A stretch of 64,000 nucleotides of DNA from Rhynchopus sp. YZ270_cl-10 (lineage: Eukaryota). This document shows, one piece after another, positions 11,784-21,135 of this stretch (position 1 is its first letter; every line of letters begins with the position of its first letter). Location: NCBI GenBank assembly GCA_964035575.1, contig OZ037841.1, forward strand, positions 744,001 to 808,000, given 5' to 3'. Position numbers and translations under genes: made by a program. Below the pieces are notes generated by a model. That model saw nothing but the letters and a program-made list of their open reading frames with translations, was not told the DNA's origin and searched no databases.

Positions 11784-13417
11784 AGAGTAGGGGTGTGGGT
11801 GGTCGGTAAATACAGGTCAAGGTGACAAAGGACGAGGTGTGTGTGGAGTGGTAAGGGTGTGGAGTGTGGGATATACTGCGATGTGGTGTTGGCGTTACAG
11901 TGGTGTTATGGTGGAATGGGGGCAAAACATAAGGGGGTGGTTTCGAACACTTCGGGTGCGTGTGCTGAATAAAAATGAAAAATAAAAAATAAAACAAAAG
12001 CGAAAGTTTCAACAGAGATGTATCCCACAATGTAGTAACACTCTGGATGAATACCGTTGTGCGTATTATCTTGCCAAGAAGGCTAAGAGAGATGCACAAA
12101 AAAAATGTCACAATAAAAACCACACGGCAGGGAAGCGATCAGCAGCGCCTCCCTTGACCTCTTTCACATTTCGAGATGTGCAACAAAAAAATTGTTTGAT
12201 TTCAGACTACTAAGGTAGTCACGTTTTCTATTATTCACAGAGTCCACCAAGAGAGCCAAAGTAAAGGAGTAAGCTTTGCAGAGTAAAAACATTGCAAAAA
12301 AAACAAACAAACAAACAAACAACAAAAAAGAACTTCGCTGGACAGAGACCACCTTGCCACCGTCTTGCAAGAAAATGCGGAGGAAGCAAGGTGGTGCACA
12401 GAGCTGTGCTATAAGATATGCATGCTGAGACGGGAAGGTGGGAAGGGGTGTAACAGACAAAACAAGCCTCCCAGATGAACGCGCCTCTGTGTGCACCACC
12501 AGGGTAGAATCTTATTTTATTTTGAATAAATTGATGACGTGTAGACACCTCGCTTTTTTCTCGTGTGAACTCCACGCATTTTTAGTTTGTACTTTTTTAC
12601 TAGTCCTGGCGGCACGTTCTGTGTGGGCTATCCGGGTCTTGCGATCTGACTGGTTGTTCACTTTCACTTAGGAACATCATTGGCACACATCAAAAAAAAA
12701 AGAGAGAAGGCAGGAAAGATGAACCCATTCCACGCAAACAAAACGCCTCCTTGCAATCGGAAGTTCGTTTGCATCCCTTACCCTGTTGCAAGGATCAAAG
12801 ACAGCTGCTCCCGAGGTTCTGTCCCCAGGGAGGCAGAGTTCGTGTGAACACTCATGAGCAACAAGGGTGAAGTAATGTCCGCGGTTTTTTTTGAGAAAAA
12901 AAAATTCTACGTTAGCTAAAAAGGAGATAACAGCAACACAACGCGCGGATGAAGTTAACAAAAAGATAAAAAATAAAATATGGAAAATTCGTAAAAAAAA
13001 AAAATAGTGGGGGGAAAAGCCCCGCCATAATGGCAACGAAAAATACAAAAAGAAAAGAAAAAAAAAGGTAAATAAAACAGGTGCTGACAACGCACCGAAA
13101 CCCCGTGAAAGCAAGGGTCTCAATGACACCTCGTAACGAGATTATACTGCGTTCGTAAAATCTATCAACTCAAAAATACGTTTTTTGTTGTATCGACAAT
13201 CACCTAAGGACCCGCTTGGGGAAACCAAAGGTCTGTACTCAATGTTGGCCGGAGCCTTTTGGACTACGGAAGGCACAGACATCAGTGAAAACCCCGCTTT
13301 TTTTGTTTTGAAAACTTGGTCGGTATTAGTGTACACCCGAGGATGATCTCCACCAATTTTTTCCCTTCCAATGTCACCATCTCTTCAGGGTAACACCACC
13401 TCCAGCCCTATCCTCCC

Positions 13418-15439
13418 CTAAGCGCTTGCAAGCCGCTTCCTGACCCACCCTTCCAACCCTCCAGCAAGGCAGATCTCCTGTGCGAAGGGGCCCAGGGGGG
13501 AGACGGGGAAGAGCTTTCCGTCGAAGGTCGCTGTCGCGGTTTTGAAGTCGAGGACCAGATCGGTAGTGGCGACGGTGGGTGCGGTGCCGCCTAGCGTTGC
13601 CTTGAGGTGGTCCACGAGGGCGGGCGACTCCAGCGCAGCGAGGCCGTTGTTGAATGCGTTGCGCTTGTACGTCTCCGAGAAGGACCCTGCAATGACCAGC
13701 GCAATGCCTCGGTACTTCAGACACGTCGCCGCCTGCTCTCGGCTCGACCCCGACCCAAAGTTGTACCCACCCACAAGGATGTCCCCTGCCTGTGCAAGCC
13801 CCTGGAACGCAGGGTCGTAGTTCTCCATGGCCACCTTCCCCATGTCTGCAGTAGGCAGGTCGCTGTAGGTATGCTTGCCTGCGTAGATGCCGTCGGTGTT
13901 GAGGTTGTCCTCATGGCACCACAGAACACGGCCTTCAATAAGCGGGTCAAAGCCGTCCAGCAGGTCCACCTCCTGGGTGCTGCTGCTGCGGACGTTGTCC
14001 TTGCATGTGAGCGAGGGTGGTGCCAAGGAAGAGGTGCCCGTAGGTGCGGCAATGTGTCCCTGCAGCGCAGATGCGGCCACCACCGCAGGAGACGACAGGT
14101 AGCACTGTGCAAGCGGGTGTCCCATGCGCCCCTTGAAGTTGCGGTTTGTCGCGGAGATACCCACCTCGCCCTCCGTCAGCAGCCCTGCACCCAGGCCCAC
14201 ACACGGCCCACACCCGGCAGGCAACGGGATGGCGCCTGCAGCAAGCAGTGCAGACCAGTCCCCTGCAGCCTCCGCCTCCGTCTGCACGCTCTCGGAGGCG
14301 GGCGCGACGTACAGCTCAACACCCTCAGCAACGCGCTTGCCACGCAGCACGTCTGCCGCTACCTTCAAGTCGCCCGCCCTGCTGTTGACACACGACACAA
14401 TGTAAGCCTTGTTGATGCTGATCTTCTGCGCCTCAAGCTCATGTGCAGGTGTCATCTTCTTGACGGTGTTCGGTCCTGCCACAGAGTGCCCCACCGTCGA
14501 CAGGTCCAGGCTCACCTGCTTCGCGTACATAGCATCCTCATCGGCAGCCAGTGCCCCAGAAGAGAGTTGCTGCTGCAGCGCCTGCAGGCTGCTTGCGGAG
14601 AAGTGCGCCCCAGCCTGCTTGAAGGCAAGGGGAGACGAGGCGGCGTAGTCCTGACGCCTCTGCAGCCACTCCAGCAGCACTGCGTCCACAGGGAAGATGC
14701 CTGCAAGCGCACCCCACTCGGTTGTCATGTTCGCGATGGCGAGTCTGTCGTCAACGGAAAGCGAGGCCACACCCTCCCCCACAAACTCCACCGCGTGGTT
14801 CAGTGCCTGGTCCTCGTTCATCACTGCACACAGCGTGATGATCACGTCCTTCCCACTGCAGCCTGCAGGCAGGCGGGACGTCAGCTCCACACGCAGAACA
14901 GGCGGCACTGTCCACCACGTCTGCCCAGTCGCCCAGATCGCTGCTGCGTCTGTCCTCACAACAGGCGTGCCAAGACAGCCGACCCCACCGTACATGTTGG
15001 AATGCGAATCGGATGCCACCACAAGCGTGCCTGGGAAGGCAAATCCGTTCTCGACCATGATCTGATGTGCGATGCCGTGGCCGGCGGGGGAGAAGGCGAC
15101 GTTGTGCTTGGCGGCAAAGCGCTCAATGCTTGTGTACTTTGCTACGTTCGTGTCGGACTTGTTCTGCACATCATGGTCAAGGCCAAAGAAGAGCTGCTCG
15201 TTGTTGTGCACCGCAGGCGCGTCGCCTAGGGACTCAAACTTCGGGATCACTGCAGACGTGTTGTCGTGCGTCATCACCCGCTGCGGCTTGATTGACACAA
15301 AGTCACCACTGCGCACCGCACGCGCAACAGGCGCACCCGCACCGTCCACAGCATAGCGCTGCACGATCTTCTCCACTAGGTTCTGCCCAGCAACAGCACT
15401 GCTGTACCGCCGCCCCCATTTAAACTGCTTCATCGCCAT
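13418..15439 (-). CDS. LYS4: Homoaconitase (homoaconitate hydratase), mitochondrial, single-chain aconitase family
   Basis: Motifs GQNLVEKIVQRYAV, MTHDN, VASDSHSNMYGG, VVRTDAA, IANMTTEWGA, the Fe-S cysteines VSCVNSR and GCGPCVG, SATNRNFKGRMG, and the swivel-domain NFGSGSSREQA. The likely start is MAMKQFKWGRRYSS at 15439 (transit-peptide-like); the ORF extension to 15796 looks non-coding. Confidence 0.92.
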   Translation of the reverse strand: MAMKQFKWGRRYSSAVAGQNLVEKIVQRYAVDGAGAPVARAVRSGDFVSIKPQRVMTHDNTSAVIPKFESLGDAPAVHNNEQLFFGLDHDVQNKSDTNVAKYTSIERFAAKHNVAFSPAGHGIAHQIMVENGFAFPGTLVVASDSHSNMYGGVGCLGTPVVRTDAAAIWATGQTWWTVPPVLRVELTSRLPAGCSGKDVIITLCAVMNEDQALNHAVEFVGEGVASLSVDDRLAIANMTTEWGALAGIFPVDAVLLEWLQRRQDYAASSPLAFKQAGAHFSASSLQALQQQLSSGALAADEDAMYAKQVSLDLSTVGHSVAGPNTVKKMTPAHELEAQKISINKAYIVSCVNSRAGDLKVAADVLRGKRVAEGVELYVAPASESVQTEAEAAGDWSALLAAGAIPLPAGCGPCVGLGAGLLTEGEVGISATNRNFKGRMGHPLAQCYLSSPAVVAASALQGHIAAPTGTSSLAPPSLTCKDNVRSSSTQEVDLLDGFDPLIEGRVLWCHEDNLNTDGIYAGKHTYSDLPTADMGKVAMENYDPAFQGLAQAGDILVGGYNFGSGSSREQAATCLKYRGIALVIAGSFSETYKRNAFNNGLAALESPALVDHLKATLGGTAPTVATTDLVLDFKTATATFDGKLFPVSPLGPFAQEICLAGGLEGWVRKRLASA

Positions 15440-15963
15440 ATGTGGAAAAGTCTGGGTAATAGTGATGTCAGGGAGGGAGAAGGGTGCAATGCTGACCATT
15501 GGATAGAAACCTGCCCACGTAGCTACACACTTTATCGCCTCACGCTGTACCAACGATAGAATGCGTGCGGTCTTTTGCACTGCCTCGTGGGGTTGATCCC
15601 AAGCCAACAAACCTCTCATGAATAATATCACATGATTCTGCAAGCAGTAACAGCACGCTGTCTCCAAACTAAAGAAGCGCAGTCGTGGGTTCCCTAAAAG
15701 GTTATTTAAAATTGAAGTCAAACCACCCCTCGCCTCAAAAGTCGTGTGGTTGCAAGAATATATCGAGAAAAGAGTCCAAAAAAATAATGAGGGCAAAAAT
15801 TAATTCATTACCTATTGCGACAAACGCTAATACCTCATCTCCCCCCCCTCCCTTCCCCAGGAAATTACGGCGAACAAATCGAGCCTTCTTTATCGCCCAC
15901 TATCGTTTTACAAAAAAAAAATACATTTTGCTATTGGCATTTCTCACATCTCCTACACACACA

Positions 15964-15990
15964 CCTCCTCCTCCTCCTCCTCCTCCTCCT
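15964..15990. repeat. (CCT)n microsatellite
   Basis: About 9 CCT units, directly visible. Confidence 0.85.
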
Positions 15991-16037
15991 CACCCTCTCC
16001 CTCCCTCCCTCCTCTCCTTTCATCGCATCCTTTCACT

Positions 16038-16622
16038 TTAATCTTTGATTGATTTGGAGTAAATACTACGAAGTGCGAGGATTGATGAAGCAAGACCACA
16101 GAGGTTTGGCTGGTAGGTGGTGTGCGGAAGGTATGGAAGGGTTGCGTTGAGCACATCGAGGAGCGCTTTGAGGAGCGCACTGAGCGCTGCAGAGGGGAGG
16201 TGGGTGGTGTGGCGCAGCACCTCTGCGAGGAGCGCGAAGACGTAGCTTGCGATCTGCAGATAACGGTTGCGGGCACGCAGACGGTCTACATTGACTGTGC
16301 GTGGCAGCACCTTATACTTCATAAGCCAGCGGTAGTTGTCCACAATAAAATACGTCGCAGAACAGCAGATCTGTGCTGTCAGTAGCGTTCTCAACACCCC
16401 AGCAGGCATAGCCCGTACCCCCCTCAGACGATGTATCTGAACCACACTCCGCCCCATCCACAGCAACGCCCTCGCATCCAACACCGCCAGCATCACCCCA
16501 CGCCACTCCTCCCTCCTCTCCTTCTCACACCCCCACATCCTCAACCCCGCCGAATTTTGGAAAAACTTCAGCAACACATCCCTCCCATCCGCCTTCTGCA
16601 ACACCCCCACCACCGCTTCCAT
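16038..16622 (-). CDS. PEX11: Peroxin 11 family (peroxisome/glycosome membrane proliferation) protein
   Basis: From Met at 16622: MEAVVGVLQKADGRDVLLKFFQ (PEX11 GRD-x-LK-xx-Q motif), a YFIVDNYRWL segment, and C-terminal NLCGLASSILAL. Confidence 0.78.
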   Translation of the reverse strand: MEAVVGVLQKADGRDVLLKFFQNSAGLRMWGCEKERREEWRGVMLAVLDARALLWMGRSVVQIHRLRGVRAMPAGVLRTLLTAQICCSATYFIVDNYRWLMKYKVLPRTVNVDRLRARNRYLQIASYVFALLAEVLRHTTHLPSAALSALLKALLDVLNATLPYLPHTTYQPNLCGLASSILALRSIYSKSIKD

Positions 16623-16734
16623 TTGAAGCATCCTTATGTGTAATCTCTGTAACATCAAATGGCATAACATTCTAATTACAAAGAATAGGGGAGAGAGAGG
16701 GGACCTTCTACCTTCTACCCATTTTTTTCCCCTT

Positions 16735-17322
16735 TTATTGTAGTGAAGCGCTTCGTGAGTATCGCTGTTTCTGAGAGAATTGAGAGAAAGACATAGCAAT
16801 CATGAGGCCTGCAGTCGCAAGATGAAGATAGGTTGCAGGACCGAGGTGCGAATCCTGCATGAGTGCGAAGGTTTCGCGGCAGTTTGCGACATAGAACCAG
16901 AAGGAGTGACATAATGCACAGAGACAGGCAGCAGTGGCGGTGAGGAGAAGCTGCGGGTGGGTGGGGAGTCTCCCGAGGTGTGCACGGTGAAGCATGAAAC
17001 ACAGAAGAAACACAGCAGCACCCCAAGCGATTTGTGCAACCTTTGCGTATCGTCCACGAGCATTGCAATCCGCATTATAGTAGGCAGAAGTATACAACCA
17101 ATTCTCACAGCGGAACACACCACATCCCGCTACAGCGTACATTGTCGCAACGCTGTACCGTGACAGCCCTACCCACACCTCTCCCAGCATTACACATGCG
17201 AGGATAACACGGACCCACCGTGTTTCCATCAAAACGCCCCGAAGACCTCCTACATCATCTACAAAGCTTGCAGCCGCTCTCTCCACATTGGCTCTCGCGT
17301 AGACATTCCGAGAAGATGTCAT
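16735..17322 (-). CDS. Hypothetical multi-pass membrane protein (195 aa)
   Basis: ATG-initiated ORF co-oriented with its neighbours, with several hydrophobic segments (VILACVMLGEVWVGL; IAWGAAVFLLCFML; LLLTATAACLCALC; LATAGLMIAM). No family recognised. Confidence 0.5.
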   Translation of the reverse strand: MTSSRNVYARANVERAAASFVDDVGGLRGVLMETRWVRVILACVMLGEVWVGLSRYSVATMYAVAGCGVFRCENWLYTSAYYNADCNARGRYAKVAQIAWGAAVFLLCFMLHRAHLGRLPTHPQLLLTATAACLCALCHSFWFYVANCRETFALMQDSHLGPATYLHLATAGLMIAMSFSQFSQKQRYSRSASLQ

Positions 17323-17952
17323 TTAGCAAAAAAAATTCTCAAAAAAAAAAAAAAGAGAGATAATCTATTTCTACTGCGACATACAGTAAGATCTAAAAAA
17401 AGTCCTGTTGTGGGGTAGGGAGAGAAGAGAGGGGAGGGATTTTCAATTGGGTTTTGGAAGGGGGAAAAAAGAAAGCGTCAGCAATAATGTGATCAAACTA
17501 TAACCGTTCCGGTTCTTTCCGCGTTTTTTTTTTTTTTGTTTTTTTTTGTTGTCGTCCGTCACTTATAACCCCTCCCCCAAAAAAAAGAAAAAAATCAGTG
17601 CAAAAGGTTTGTGCATTTACCCCATCGCGACCCTCCTTTCCCTTTCGCTCGCCATACTATTATTTTGTGCATCACAAAAAAAAAAAGAAAAAAAATACTA
17701 CTCAAAAAAAAAGCGATGAGTTGATTCCACCTCAGAAAATGTATAGGATGGTAAGCTGTTCTTGTACATTTTTATTGTCGTTTTCCCTTTCGGATACTCC
17801 TATCAAAGCAGCTAAAAAAGAGAGAAAAAAACAAAAAACGGAGGCAAGCAAAGTACAGCAGAGCTGACATCGCGTACCTCTAAACAGAAATGACGTGAGA
17901 CACAAAACAATTTTTTTTTCTTTTGCACACCGGGACCTAGCATGACACCTGC

Positions 17953-18201
17953 TTAACGGAGACGACGTGCCTCACGCTCAGTCTCCATGAGGGCCAGGAT
18001 GTCGAGCTCCTTGATGGGCCCCTTCACGTTGCGGATGATGTTACGCTCGGAGGTGTCGTCCAGGATCTTGGCACGGACCTGGGTCACTCCTCCACGGGAT
18101 CCGGTACGGCCAATGATCTTCGTGACCTGCGCAAGCTTCGCGTCTCCGGTGACAACTCCATCCTCCTCCTGCTTCGTCACATCCTTCGCTGCGGTGGACA
18201 T
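17953..18201 (-). CDS. RPS28: 40S ribosomal protein S28 (eS28)
   Basis: [21 protein letters not shown]...RNVKGP...[16 protein letters not shown] is the eS28 signature. Confidence 0.97.
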   Translation of the reverse strand: MSTAAKDVTKQEEDGVVTGDAKLAQVTKIIGRTGSRGGVTQVRAKILDDTSERNIIRNVKGPIKELDILALMETEREARRLR

Positions 18202-18325
18202 TGTTTGTGGGAAAGGGGAGGGATAACTATGCAGGGTGGTATGTGGAGGGACAGAGATAGGGAGGGGGTCTCAGTTCTTATTTGCTCTTAATTTAACAAA
18301 TAATAAGCAACTGAGATTCCCCTTA

Positions 18326-18450
18326 CAGTACGGCCTCTATTTCGTGAATTCCTAATTCGTGAATTCGGTAAAATCCGGAAAAAAATAAATAATTCATTCA
18401 CGAATTAGGAATTCATGAATTAGGTGTTCACGAATTAAGAATACCTACTA
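18326..18450. mobile_element. Short degenerate Tc1/mariner-type MITE related to the adjacent element
   Basis: Begins TA|CAGTACGGCCTCTATTTCGTGAATT. The left part has TTCGTGAATT repeats and the right part has inverted TTCACGAATT repeats. The right terminus is degenerate. Confidence 0.55.
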
Positions 18451-18460
18451 TACAGTACTA

Positions 18461-19126
18461 CAGTAAACACTCTAATTAATACTCTACACGACCCTCCTTT
18501 CACACCCATTAGCCCGTACAACCCACCCAGAACACCCCCAGAAACATTTCAACCACTTGTAATACAATGGATATCAGTCAGCAGATGCAGGTTGTTGCTG
18601 AGAAGCAGGAGGAGGAGAGGACGGACCTCGCGGTGATCGAGATCGGCACCACCACCAAGAAGAACACGCTCCTCTCTGATGAGGAGATCCAGCAGCTGAC
18701 GGACGCTGCTATGGTGGCGGGGGTTATGCAGATCGAAGTCGTTCGTCGTTGGAACCAAGAGCATCCTGACAAAACGGTCTCCGCAGCCGTCCTCACGAAG
18801 TACGTCACACACATGAAAAATACGGGGGAGTACTTCACTCGTTCCAAACGTGGCCCGAAGTCTCTTCTCACGAATGACGAGGAGGATCGGCTGGTCCGCT
18901 TGACGCTGATGACCAGGTCACTAGGGTGACCTGGTCATCAGCGTCTTCCATACAATCAGGCCTCCCATACAAACCTCAACAAACAGTACCATGTCAAAAA
19001 AAATTTTCGGCTCCGCCGGAAAAAATAATTAATTATTTACGAAACATTTCTCCCAAAAAATTCTAATTCACGATTCACGAATTGGGAATTCACGAATTAG
19101 ATGCTTATTAATTAGAGTGTTTACTG
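18461..19126 (+). mobile_element. Internally deleted Tc1/mariner-superfamily (pogo-like) DNA transposon, 666 bp
   Basis: Perfect 20-bp TIR CAGTAAACACTCTAATTAAT (18461-18480) / ATTAATTAGAGTGTTTACTG (19107-19126), flanked by TA on both sides (18459-18460, 19127-19128). Confidence 0.92.
18567..18929 (+). pseudogene. Truncated N-terminal DNA-binding part of a pogo/CENP-B-like transposase
   Basis: The only credible plus-strand ORF in the gene region, lying between TA-flanked TIRs. KRGPKSLLTNDEEDRLV resembles the GRP..LT.EEE..LV linker/HTH start of pogo-like transposases. There is no DDE domain, and the ORF terminates inside a 44-bp fold-back. Confidence 0.65.
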
Positions 19127-21135
19127 TATGGTGGAGGAAAAAGAAACAAAACGGGGGGGAAGCAGAAATAATTGGATTTCAAAGGTAGATGCAAAAAAGA
19201 TGAATCAGGGGAGGGAAAAGTCATGGGAAAAAGAAAATAGTTCTGAAAAATGTACTGACACAGAGGAGCCAGCCATCTTTCTTTCTGAGGGAAAATATGG
19301 GAATTTGCAAAAAAAAAAAAAAAAAAAAGGTCTGCGGTGTGGTTGCAACGCGAGCTGGTAGCGACCCTATTTACCAAGGAAGCTGTGCCCTGTCAGTCTG
19401 CACACTACTGGCCTTTGTTCAGTACGTAGAGTGCTCGGCAGAACCTTGCACTCATTCGCACTATAACTGCAGAGTAGATAAATTCATCCAAGCACATTGA
19501 AGCGAACGCTCCCATGGGTGGGAGCAGGGCAACAGGGCAAGGATGAGGATGCGGATGAGGGGGGTGAAGAGGGGATGGAAACAAACTGTTGGTATATTTC
19601 GCTTCTACGCTCAAAAGCCCAGAAGGCAGCCGGGTTGCGTTATCAAAAGGGTATCTGTGAAGCTGTCTTGGTGTCAGTTTTTTTTTGGTATTTTCTACAC
19701 AAAAAAACTGCAACAACACCCCAGCAGAGTCACTCTCTTACGCACCAGCGCCATGCGGGTCTCTTTGCGTTGAGCAAGCAATGATAGACTCAACGGAATT
19801 GAAAGAACCTCAGAGATGAAGAGTGTCTGCGTCTCTGCGACACAAAACACACCCATATCTGAGGGGAAGACCGTCGGGTTTTTCGGATTAAAAGAGCCAA
19901 AAAAGAAAAAGCAAAAAAGAGCACGTACATAATACGTTGTTTGTTCGTGTGTTCAATGTAACAAGACGGGGGGGTGTTTATGGCCCCGCCGAAAGTAGCA
20001 AAATCTTCTTTTAGGTTCCGACATTCTCCTTCCCTGACAACAGTGGCAGTATGGATCAGGGAAGAGGGAAATCTGATATAAATAAAAAACAAGAATAAGA
20101 GAGAGAGAGAGGAGGGGAAAACACTGTAAACAAAATAGGAGGGGATAAGCGCTGGCTCGAACAATCAATGGATATTAAATTTGGATGGGCTCAGTTCGGT
20201 AATGTTCATTCGTTCGCCCCTTTCTGTTGCTATTTCTTTCATTTGTTTTGGATTTATTTACTTTTTTTTTGATATTTTTTTTTGCAAATCTCAAGTGGAA
20301 TACACTTGCTTTGTTTCGTTCATTCTTTCATTTGCAGACATCCATCGAGTTCAAGGTGACTGAGCTCGACAGGTATGCCAAATGAATGTGCAAAAAAAAA
20401 CAACAACAACAACAATTGCAGTGAGGTCCACAGAGCATGATACAAAAAACACACACTAAATAAAACATATAAAAAAAAAAAAAAAAAAACAGTCGGCAAC
20501 GTGGCTCGGGTACACTAATTTTCGACACAGCCTGCATACATGTACCCCTCTGTGAGGTGTGTGCAGTGGGAGTGCACACACCAGACCTGGTACTGGCATT
20601 TCTGGTATGTTATCTGCTTCCAAAGAAGAGAAAATTACGAGAAATCCAAACAACATGAAAACAGAATCTCATTCCGTCAATATGAAGCACGCAAACGGCA
20701 TAGTGCGGAAGCGACAACCATGGCTGTCGTTCCGCGTCCTAGTTGCCTTTTGCACTGCATGTGACGGTGAAATGAACAATATGCAGTTGCACCTTTGTAC
20801 ACCCTGTTTCATAATATGCCAAGAACTAGAGGCATCAAAAATGTATAGCAAAGCCTATGCCTTGACTGTGTTACAACACAGAAAAGTGCTGTCAGTAAAA
20901 CCTAGAAAAAGGTTGAGAGAAAGTTGTCCCATATTCATAACACTCATTGAAAACAATTTGTGATGTCTCAGGGAATTCGATGACAAAGGTAACATAATGG
21001 TTGCAAGAAGAAAACAAAAGAAACTTTGGAAGATGAATGTGGATCACCGTTCCAAACAAGAACACACAAAACAATTTAAGCAGTGAGCAAATCAGTCCTT
21101 GTATCTGACCCAACCCAGATCAAACCTACGAGAGA

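Noticed and set aside
13607..15229. 540-aa plus-strand ORF, and similar ones at 21346-23753 and 28963-30189
   Set aside because: Antisense to well-supported minus-strand genes with strong codon bias.
15440..15796. N-terminal extension of the homoaconitase ORF
   Set aside because: The composition is intergenic-like and homology begins only after Met 15439.
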